Shown piece after piece: positions 54,001 through 64,000 of a stretch of DNA of 64,000 nt. Location: the NCBI GenBank assembly GCA_951406725.2, contig OX597827.1:71486001-71550000 (forward strand), read 5' to 3'. The first letter of the stretch is position 1. Every line of letters begins with the position of its first letter. The stretch comes from Octopus vulgaris (taxonomy: Eukaryota). The position numbers and the translations under genes are program-made. Under the pieces are notes generated by a model. That model saw only the letters and a list, made by a program, of their open reading frames with translations. It was not told the origin of the DNA and ran no database searches.

Positions 54001-54406
54001 AATATCCTAACTTCGCAACTTTGGTACCGCAAACGTAATTAGAACGTCGCAGGGAAAGAATCACACGAAAGAGACTTCAAGTCGAGTCAAATAACAGGTG
54101 ACGCAGGAGAGTTCAAGAACAGGACGGTTGAATAATAATTACAGCCTCTGTTGGCAACGGTTGGGAATCCGACCGATAAGTGTAATGATGGCTGATTCTG
54201 ATAGGACCCTTTGAAAAAAATGCCTGAGGACTCTACTCTTACAACGGCCCCAGAAATTGTGGACAGAGAAAATGGATGGATGGATTTTATATTGAAAATT
54301 ATTCTAATCCAAAAATTGTTACAATCTCTAACATTTTTATTTTATATTAAAAAAGAATATTTTATATTTAAAATTGTTCTGCAGATAAAATTATTCTATA
54401 CATATA

Positions 54407-54817
54407 GGCGCGGGAGTGGCTGTGTGGTAAGTAGCTTGCTTACCAACCACATGGTTCCGGGTTCAGTCCCACTGCGTGGCACCTTGGGCAAGTGTCTTCT
54501 ACTATAGCCTCGGGCTGACCAAAGCCTTGTGAGTGGATTTGGTAGATGGAAACTGAAAGAAGCCCGTCGTATATATGTATATATATATATATGTGCGTGT
54601 ATGTGTTTGTGTGTCTGTATTTGTCCCTCTAGCATTGCTTGACAACCGATGCTGGTGTGTTTACGTCCCCGTCACTTAGCGGTTCGGCAAAAGAGACCGA
54701 TAGAATAAGTACTGGGCTTACAAAGAATAAGTCCCGGGGTCGATTTGCTCGACTAAAGGCGGTGCTCCAGCATGGCCGCAGTCAACTGACTGAAACAAGT
54801 AAAAGAGTAAAAGAGTA
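54407..54817 (+). mobile_element. SINE family B, intact young copy
   Basis: tRNA-like A-box (TGGCTGTGTGG) and B-box (GGTTCAGTCCC), CORE-like CACCTTGGGCAAGTGTCTT, internal microsatellite, tail GGCGGTGCTCCAGCATGGCCGCAGTC and (AGTAAAAG)n end. Confidence 0.92.
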
Positions 54818-55030
54818 ATGGTATATTTATAAAAATGATGTCATTCCGAAGCTTGAAAAAATTTTGGTCGATGAAAATTTATTCGAAAAACAGTCGTTTC
54901 GATGTTAAGTTATTTCGATGAAATCACTTCATGAAGAGTCGTTTGATAAAGTTGAATCACGATTAGATGACATCTGACAAACAGTTTAAGGAAAAAATAC
55001 ACACATATATGTATATATCCATATCCATAT

Positions 55031-55087
<57 letters not shown>

Positions 55088-55091
55088 AATA

Positions 55092-55143
55092 CAGTAGTAC
55101 CTCGGTTTTCGAACAACTCTGATCGCGAATATATGGTGCTTTG

Positions 55144-55174
<31 letters not shown>

Positions 55175-55302
55175 CGCGGTTTACTTGCGATCAGAGGCGT
55201 TCGTAAACCGAGGTACTACTGGATTAAATAAATATGAAAAAGACAGGAGATAAAGTACGTTTTATTCGTGATTAGAGTTGTTCGAAACCCGAGGTTCTAC
55301 TG
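55092..55302. mobile_element. Tigger/pogo-like MITE with two alternative right TIRs
   Basis: Left TA-CAGTAGTACCTCGGTTTTCGAACAACTCTGATCGCGAA; inverted copies end at 55221 and 55302. Confidence 0.8.
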
Positions 55303-55304
55303 TG

Positions 55305-55371
<67 letters not shown>

Positions 55372-55490
55372 TTATTTAAAATTGAGGATAAAATCTTTAT
55401 AAGAAATTATCAGTAGTTAGCGTGAAAAACCTCATAAGAGAAAAAATCCGTGAATTTTTCCACTTTGAAAATATTTATTTATATTATATA

Positions 55491-55692
55491 GAGGGTACTA
55501 CTATTCATAGATACCGCACGCTAGGAGGGACCCTTGCGGACAAAACTACTAAAATAAACAAATTGTACCGAATGGAAAACTTCAAAGCAAGTCATTTAAA
55601 AAAAGAATTTAGTTACATATCACCTTTATTTTAGTAGTTTTGACCGCAAGGGTCCCTCCTAGCGTGCGGTATCTATGAATAGTAGTACCCTC
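55491..55692. mobile_element. Foldback MITE with ~68-bp TIRs in TA context (Sola- or Academ-like ends)
   Basis: GAGGGTACTACTATTCATAGATACCGCACGCTAGGAGGGACCCTTGCGG...AAAATAAA (55491-55558) is inverted at 55625-55692 with one mismatch, flanked by TATA on both sides. Confidence 0.85.
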
Positions 55693-55743
<51 letters not shown>

Positions 55744-56335
55744 GATAGATAGATAGATAGAGAGATTAGATAGATAGATAGACAGCTGTATATATCTATA
55801 TTTACACATACACACACTCTATCTCAGGCACACACGCATACGCATACACACCCACACGCACGCACATACGCACACACACACACACGCACGCACGCATAGG
55901 TATCCCACGTTACAGTCGCAGCAGATCACGAAATTTCCCGATTACGGTAATTGTAAAGTATAAGCACTAGTTTCGAGATACGGTCTGAAATTTCGTCCTA
56001 ACAGAAACTCGGATAAATGTTAGTTTAAAAGCTTTCGTCTTTTCTAAAAGGCCGTTTCATGGTATTTTAGATGGGACGAAAAATTATAGTTAATAATATG
56101 TAAAGCTATAATCACGATATATATCTTTACATATACATGTATGTATGTATGCATATATGCGTGCGTTAATGTATATTTGTGTGTGCGTGCATGAATGCGT
56201 GATGCGCACGTGTACGCACGTGCCTGCATGTGTGTATGCAAGTATTTAAGTATGCGTCACTCTAAACATTTATGGTGTGTGAGTTGGAATTTTTCACTAT
56301 TTGTGTGTGTAGCTAATTTACTTGCTTACAATGCA

Positions 56336-56337
56336 TG

Positions 56338-56404
<67 letters not shown>

Positions 56405-56415
56405 GTCTGTCTTTG

Positions 56416-56496
<81 letters not shown>

Positions 56497-56517
56497 GCCT
56501 GCCTGCCTGTCTGCCTG

Positions 56518-56580
<63 letters not shown>

Positions 56581-56600
56581 GTCTGTCTATCCATCCATCC
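56336..56600. repeat. Compound tetranucleotide microsatellite
   Basis: Blocks of TATC, TGTC and TGCC. Confidence 0.95.
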
Positions 56601-57103
56601 ATCTCTTTGTATGTCTGACTATCTATCTATATGTACACACACACACATATATGCACACAGTCAACAAGAACAGTATAATTAACATCAAAAATACCTCCAC
56701 CATCTCCATCGCTATCAGCCCCAATATCAAAACCAACATCACCGCCACTACCAACCTATCAACACTTGCATAACCAATTGGCAATAACAATAATTGTATC
56801 AGCATAATACTAATGACTGTAGCTACATATGTTGTATGTCAACACACCGCCGGTGTGTGTGGGTAGAGTGTTGAAAGTGCAGGGATGGAAGTGCCCATAA
56901 ACCTGGTAACTTTTCAACTAATTGTAATCATATACTTCCTCTCACCTCACTCCATCACTCTTTTGTCTGCTCTTTTCCATTCTTACATCCTTAAGAATAC
57001 GACAACAACTTTCTGCTTTCACAAAACGCTTCTTCCTTGAGAATACAGATGAGAATAAGGAAATACGGAAACTCTTCCAACCCCATTTACATTTACTGTG
57101 GAA

Positions 57104-57482
57104 GCACTCCGTCGGTTACGACGACGAGGGTTCCGGTTGATCGGAATCAACGGAACAGCCTGCTCGTAAAATTAACGTGTAAGTGGCTGAGCACTCCACA
57201 GACACGTGTACCTTTAACGTAGTTCTCGGAGATATTCAGCGTGACACAGAGAGTGACAAGGCCGGCCCTTTGAAATACAGGTACAAGAGAAACAGGAAGT
57301 AAGAGTGAGAGAAAGTTGTGGTGAAAGAGTACAGCAGGGATCACCACCATCCCCTGCCGGAGATTCGTGGAGCTTTTAGGTGTTTTCGCTCAATAAACAC
57401 TCACAACGCCCGGTCTGGGAATCGAAACCGCGATCCTATGACCGTGAGTCCGCTGCCCTAACCACTGGGCCATTGCGCCTCC
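57104..57482 (-). mobile_element. tRNA-derived SINE family C, full length
   Basis: Reverse strand: GGAGGCGCAATGGCCCAGTGGTTAGGGCAGCGGACTC...GGTTTCGATTCCC head, and GTCGTCGTAACCGACGGAGTGC tail shared with family D. Confidence 0.9.
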
Positions 57483-57779
57483 ACTGCTGATAACAACCCT
57501 AATAATGAATGTTTCATATAAATTACAAACGGATTTTGGAGTTTACAATCAGTCAATTCCTGCACTGAGCAGTTCAAACAGATGATGCACCATAAATATA
57601 AAAATTTTAGGCGAATTCTTCACCCCTCAAGCAGATGTTGATGATGATGGGCTATTAGATAGAAGAAAGGGTCCCTCATGCTCCAGTAACTCTCATCTCT
57701 AGTTTCCCTATCACCTCTCACACAGTGATCAACAGATCAACATGTTTTGTGGTAAGAATGCATCCTATATAATTATATC

Positions 57780-57994
57780 TCCTTTCACTTATTTTACTTA
57801 CTGCAGTCATTGGATTGCGGCCATGCTGGGGCACCATCAGGAAGGGTTTAGTCGAACGAATCAACCTCAGTATTAATTCTTTTTTATACCTGGTATTTAT
57901 GCTATCGGTCTTTGGCCGAACCGCTAATTTTGGAGAGGTAAACAAACCAACACTTTTGTCAAGTGGTGGTAGTGGACAAAGACCCCCGCCTACA

Positions 57995-58049
<55 letters not shown>

Positions 58050-58051
58050 AG

Positions 58052-58088
<37 letters not shown>

Positions 58089-58284
58089 AAAAAAGGAGAT
58101 GTCGAGCACGAGTGGTGATATATAAAAGGAAATGAAGAAAATGCTGACAAATAATTGAAGTAATTTAAGTAATTTAATTAGGTGGAAGTTCTTTTTACCG
58201 GTTGCGCGCAACCGGTAAAAAGAACTTCCACCTAATTAAATTACTTAAATTACTTCAATTATTTGTCAGCATTTTCTTCATTTC

Positions 58285-58340
<56 letters not shown>

Positions 58341-58480
58341 CGACGGAGTCCTTTCACTTTCCGGCCTTCCAAAGGTTTTGGTCGATTGGAGGCTATAGCA
58401 AAAGACACTTGCCCAAGATGCCATACGGTGAGTCTGAACCCGGAACCATGTAGTTAGGAAGCAAACTTCTTACCACACAG

Positions 58481-58485
<5 letters not shown>
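57780..58485 (-). mobile_element. Old SINE family B hosting a palindromic insert in its microsatellite
   Basis: Tail at 57780-57970 and head at 58340-58485. Confidence 0.75.
58118..58295. repeat. 178-bp perfect palindrome without spacer
   Basis: 89-bp arms are exact reverse complements, centred on TTGCG|CGCAA (58206/58207). Confidence 0.95.
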
Positions 58486-58527
<42 letters not shown>

Positions 58528-58875
58528 TACACACACACATATATATACACACATAACTTGGGGCGGACAGAAACACCGAAACGCATTTCATTAGTTTGCA
58601 TTAATTATGGATGTAATTTGCATGGAAACAATGATTGGAGCTGGAATTCATTACAAACATACAGACACACACACACACTTACACATACAGACATAGACAT
58701 GCACATGCACAAATACATACACATGCACATATATATACACACACATACACACTTGCACACGCACAATCACAAGCACGTGTATATTACATGCATGTACGTA
58801 TGTGCGTATATACGTGTTTATTCATATATGGCTACACACACACACACATATATATATATGCATATATATCATACA

Positions 58876-58936
<61 letters not shown>

Positions 58937-58966
58937 TCATATATACATACCAATACTCAAACATTC

Positions 58967-58997
<31 letters not shown>

Positions 58998-59078
58998 GGA
59001 ATTTATGAATACATTACCACATGCATGTATAAAGTGTATGTGTATACATGTGTGTATATATATGTATATATATATATG

Positions 59079-59140
<62 letters not shown>

Positions 59141-59822
59141 TATACACACACGCACACACAAATCCCTATACCCATACACACATGTATATAAGCCTTTATA
59201 TATATATATATACATACACATACATTTAAACATATCTATGTATACACATACATATATATATATATAAATATGCATCTCTCAGTCTCTCTGTTAATATATA
59301 TATACATATACATACATACATACACATACATATATATATATATATGTATGTGTATATATATATTTATAATTCTCTCTCTCATTCTCTCTGTTACTATATA
59401 CATACATACACACACACACATATATATATGTATATATATATGTATGTATGTATGTATTTATGTATATATGTATGTATGTATGTATGTATGTAAACGTGTA
59501 GCCAGCTTGAAGCCTGCTCACATAAATCCAAAATGGCGCATACTTGAATGCATCCAACCAATCACATGCCTGAGCACGTGTATGTATATAACCACTAATT
59601 GAAGCTAAAAGTCATATTCGTGTAGAGACACATAAGCATGAGTATGCATAATTGAATTTCAGCTTTTAATTATTGGAACTACGCAATCGTGCGCACGCGC
59701 ACACACATATATGTATATATATATATATATGTATATATATGTATGTATACAACTATGTGTGTGACTTATATGTACGAACACTCTCACATGTGTTTGTTTG
59801 TGTGTCTGTGTGTGCGTGTGTC

Positions 59823-59860
<38 letters not shown>

Positions 59861-60206
59861 CTATGCTTACACGTATATACATTTATACAGATATATACGT
59901 ATATATATATATACATAAACGCACACACATATATATGCGTATGCGCGCACGCATATATATATATATATATATATACAAAATATATATTTAATATGCATAA
60001 ATACACACACGCACGCACAAATACAGACACACACACACACATAACTGCAAACACTAGCAGAGGGCTAATAGCTTGTCTAGTTTCATTTTCATTAAAAAAA
60101 TGTTAATTAGAACATACTAAATTTAGCTTTAATTTGTTTTGTACATTTTGCTCCTTTTTTTTTTTTACACTTTTTTATGTGGTTATATTTTTATACGTAT
60201 GCACAC

Positions 60207-60512
60207 GCCGCGTGCGACTTAATGGTTAGAGTATTCAGCTCGCGATCGTAAGGCCGTAGGTTCGATTCGCGGCGGAGCAAGTCACTTTATTTCACGTTGT
60301 TCCAATCCACCCAGCTGGCAAAAATGAGCCGTACTCGTATTTCAAAAGCCAGCATTGTCACGTTCTATGTCACGTCGAATTTACCTAAGAACTCCGTTAA
60401 GGATACGCGCGTATCTGGAATACACGGCCACTCGCACGTTAATTTCATAAGCAGGCTGTTCCGTTGATAATATCAAGTGGAACACTCGTCATCGTCTTAA
60501 CCGACGGAGTGC
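60207..60512 (+). mobile_element. CORE-type SINE family D
   Basis: GCGACTTAATGGTTAGAGTATTCAGCTCGCGATCGTAAGG...GGTTCGATTC head and AACCGACGGAGTGC tail. Confidence 0.8.
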
Positions 60513-61157
60513 TAGTAATGTGCAGGTACTTACCCAAATGTGCTTATTATAATGTATGTATTAATGTATTAGATTAAACTTCTGAGAGATTTCAACCTCC
60601 TCAATGCTGAATAGCTCGAGGGTTACCTTCTCTCAGGTATATCATTCCAAGAGCAGAGGCAGACTGATATCCGACTGACCATACGAAAATGCTATTCATG
60701 GAACAAATAGTGCTCTATCTAACTAAGGAAAAATTGCTCTCTACGTCTGTTTCTCAAATACAACGCTCATACATAATGCTATGTTGACACCAATGTGTTT
60801 CTCGGGTATTTGTAGAAATAACAATCCATGCCTTGAGAACAACTGCATGCTTGGGGTCTACTAGAAACACCCGACTCCTTTCTAACTTAACTCACATAAA
60901 GATAATTGGAAAGATATTCAGAAAGAGGTCCCGGAACAAAACTGGTCAGCCAGTCTCCCTAAACAGGATGCTGGCATAAAGCTACAGTATATTCCTTTCT
61001 CTTCTAGGCACAAGGTCCGAAATTTTTGGGGAGAGGGACAGTCGATTAGATCGACACCAGTATGCAACTGGTACTTAATTTATCGACCCCGAAAGGATGA
61101 AAGGCACAGTCGACCTCGGCAGAATTTGAACTCAGAACGTAACTTATGACAATCATG

Positions 61158-61342
61158 CAGCACTCCGCAACCTTTTTCCACTTGCGGCACACCTATATTC
61201 TTTTCAGAAATCAGTGGCACACCTGAACTAAAGCTATAACTAAAAGTATAAGGGAAAGATTATATTCAGGTTACACTGCGGCACACCTAGAATCGTTTTG
61301 TGGCACACCAGTATGCCGTGGCATACCGGTTGAGGAACATTG
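61158..61342. mobile_element. hAT (Charlie-like) MITE
   Basis: Decayed TIRs CAGCACTCCGCAACC and GGTTGAGGAACATTG, with repeated subterminal GCGGCACAC motifs. Confidence 0.65.
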
Positions 61343-61401
61343 CTCCAGAGAGAATGTCAAACCGACAGAAATATGAAAATTCTAATGAGATGTTGCCAGA
61401 G

Positions 61402-61808
61402 CGGCTAACTGGCTTCCGTGCCGGTGGCACGTAAAAAGAACCATTTGAGTGTGATCGTTACCAGCGCCGCCTTACTGGCCCTTTTGCCGGTGGCATGTGG
61501 AAAAACATTCGAGCGAGGTCGTTGCCAGTGCTGCTGGACTGGCTCCAGTGCAGGTCGCACGTAAAAAGCACAGTTTGAGTGCGGCCGTTGCCAGTACCGC
61601 CTGACTGGCCCTCGTGCCGGTGGCACGTAAAAGCACCAACTACACTCTCGGAGTGGTTGGCGTTAGGAAGGGCATCCAGCTGCAGAAACCTTGCCAGATC
61701 AAAATTGGAGCCCGGTGCAGCCATCTGGTTCGCCAGTCCTCAATCAAATCGTCCAACCCATGCTAGCATGGAAAGCGGACGTTAAACGATGATGATGATG
61801 ATGATGAC
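61402..61808 (+). mobile_element. RTE-related retroelement 3' end with ~65-bp internal tandem units and (GAT)n tail
   Basis: Four imperfect units containing GTGGCACGTAAAAAG, then GGCGTTAGGAAGGGCATCCAGCTG, ending GGACGTTAAAC(GAT)n. Confidence 0.65.
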
Positions 61809-61809
61809 T

Positions 61810-62775
61810 ACAAAGCTTTCAAATGATGTAAATAGGCCATTAAAGAATTGTGGAGAACCCTATCTCAAACGAGCAGCGAATGAGATTGAAACTGAACTCA
61901 AAAACTTTTATGAAAAGGCGAGCGTAGCAAAAGAAGGCAGATTTGTAAGAAACGTAAAGATAAACCATAACGTATTCTATAGATTTTCAAAAGAGTCTGC
62001 TTAGTACTAGATAAGGCCACTGTTCGAAGAAAATGGCTCACTCTCTGCGGACGCCCAAAAGGATAAGTGAAATGCTGAATGTCCAATACAAAGTGTTTTC
62101 ATATCTCTATTGGGACACTTGCAAATAAATATGGCTGACAAGTTCTACATAGAGGAATGGCAAATATCGATTATATCGAAATATTGAAAACTGATGCAAT
62201 ATCAGCCATTGATGAAATGAGCTTAAACTCAGCCACAGGCTCCGATCGTTTCGCGGCAATCCTGCTAAAATTTGCAAACACATCAAAGCAAGACCACTAT
62301 AGGTCCTCTTCCAAAGTTTTCTTGCAAGTGGTAATCTTCCCAGAAAGTTGAAGGAGGGAATATGTCCTATCCATAAAGGAAGAAACAGAGTAGGAGCTAA
62401 AAACTGAAACAAGTGATGAACGTAAACGTGATATGTCTCGATTTTGCAAAAGCATTCGATGAGGTTGATCACGGAATGTCACAAACTATGAGAACTCAGT
62501 ACAGTTGAAAAGCTATATGACTTCTTAAAAGGCTGTAGTAGCCAATGGAGTCCTCTCTAAGAAGACATTAATAGCGAGTGAAGTGCCCCAGGAAACTGTC
62601 ATGGGGTCACCTGCCATCAGGCTAGCAGTAATACAGGTAGTCACTCTTACTAGGGGTGTTGACGATATAAAGTACTGCAAGCAGTCAAGAATCCTCTCGA
62701 TGCTAATTTTCTACAGAAAAATTTAGATGCCATACATAAATAGGCTTAATACAACAACATGCAATTTTATGCAGA
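61810..62775 (+). pseudogene. Degraded CR1/L2/Jockey-group LINE reverse transcriptase
   Basis: Ordered remnants NVKINHNVFYRF, SATGSDRFAAILLK, PIHKG, VNVICLDFAKAFDEVDHG, SEVPQETVMG (from SGVPQGTVLG), VDDIKV (from ADDTK) and LQKNLDAIHK*A*YNNMQF. Confidence 0.85.
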
Positions 62776-63060
62776 AACTATACTCTCGTATAGAGTAAGG
62801 TACAGGTCTACATTGAGGTTTGTAAGGTACAGGTCTTTTCTATTCAAGGCACAAGGCCCGAAATCTTGGGGAATGGGACCAGTCGATTAGATCGATTCGG
62901 GTACACCACTGGTACTTAATTTATCGACCCCGAAAGGATGAAAGGCAAAATCGACCTTGGCGGAATTTGAACTCAGAACGTACTGGCAGACGAAATACTT
63001 ATTTCTTTACTACCCACAAGGGGCTAGACACAGAGGGGACAAATAAGGACAGACAAACGG

Positions 63061-63229
63061 TCTTAAAAGGTTGTAGTAGCCAATGGAGTCCTCTCCAAGG
63101 AGACATTAATAGCGAGTGGAGTGACCCAGGAAACTATCTTAGGGTCACCTGCCATCAGGCTATCAGTAATACAAGAAGTCACCCTTACTAGGGTGTTGAC
63201 GATATAAAGTACTACAAGCAGTCAAGAAT
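63061..63229 (+). repeat. Local duplicate of RT segment 62523-62692
   Basis: TCTTAAAAGG...GCAGTCAAGAAT is repeated with shared deletions and joined to a truncated SINE A (62836-63060). Confidence 0.88.
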
Positions 63230-63468
63230 ACAAACCTCAATCACAGCGAGAAACTCAGCCGAGGACTGCAATATCAAAAACTCCTTTATTCACCAAAAGC
63301 CAACAACACGACAATGGGCATTGAAAAGGTAATGATAACGATGGTGCTCCAGCATGGCCATAGCCTTTGAGCTGATATAAAAGAATATAAACATACACAC
63401 ACACACAAGCATCAACTTTGCTTTAGCTGAAATGTATTTGTTAAATTGTTAATGATATTCACTTCCGA

Positions 63469-64000
63469 AGGCGGCGAGCTGGCAGAAACGTTAGCACGCC
63501 GGGCGAAATGCTTAGCGGTATTTTGTCTGCCGTTACGTTCTGAGTTCAAATTCCGCCGAGGTCGACGTCGCCTTTCATCCTTTCGGGGTCGATAAATTAA
63601 GTACCAGTTACGCACTGGGGTCGATATAATCGACTTAATCCGTTTGTCTGTCGTTGTTTGTCCTCTTTGTGTTTAGCACCTTGTGGGTAGTAAAGAAATA
63701 GGTATTTTGTCTTCCGCTACGTTCTGAGTTCAAATTCCGCCGAGGTCGACTTTGCTGTTCATCCTTTCGGGGTCGATTAAATAAGTACCAGTTATGCACT
63801 GGGATAGATATAATCGACTTGATCCGTTTGTCTGTCCTTGTTTGTCCCCTCTATGTTTAGTCCCGTGTGGGTAGTAAAGAAATAGGTATTTCGTCTGCCG
63901 CTACGTTCTGAGTTCAAATTCTGCCGAGATCGACTTTGCTTTTCATCCTTTCAGGGTCGATTAAATAAGTACCAATGATGCACTGGGATAGATATAATCG
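63469..64000 (+). mobile_element. SINE family A, at least trimeric, runs off the window end
   Basis: One head (GGCGGCGAGCTGGCAGAAACGTTAGC) followed by three ~180-bp body units. Confidence 0.9.

Noticed and set aside
57400-57482. tRNA gene
   Set aside because: The tRNA-like A/B boxes run straight into a SINE body, with no 3' acceptor stem or poly-T terminator. The same applies at 24230, 16438 and 60207.
60535-60620. Upstream exon of the minus-strand gene (GGTAAGTA donor)
   Set aside because: The adjacent sequence is AT-rich and stop-laden. No receptor-like exon was found between 50046 and 64000.

Overview
AT-rich, microsatellite-dense eukaryotic DNA. The SINE families, (TA)n/(TATC)n/(AAT)n load and TTAGGG repeats suggest an octopus or other coleoid cephalopod genome (inference). 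There is no complete protein-coding gene, and nearly all ORFs in the supplied track are microsatellite or SINE artefacts. The window appears to hold the 3' ends of two convergent genes. One is an unidentified + strand terminal exon at 20369 followed by a ~3 kb U-rich 3'UTR-like region. The other is a - strand cluster of three candidate alternative 3' exons (acceptors at 50045, 49184 and 48900). These could give different C-termini, including the PDZ-ligand tail ...DGNTHTQV; the gene may be an AMPA-type glutamate receptor subunit (unverified). The rest is transposon debris: dozens of tRNA-derived SINEs (some multimeric), CR1/L2-, Tx1-, R4/Dong- and RTE-like LINE remnants, a Tc1/mariner transposase relic, several MITEs, an intact non-autonomous Helitron, a Penelope-like fragment with a degenerate hammerhead motif and a 5S rRNA pseudogene fragment. 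The window also has many local rearrangements: a 178-bp perfect palindrome, inverted duplications and nested templated insertions. All coordinates were read by eye; boundaries of degenerate elements are approximate.
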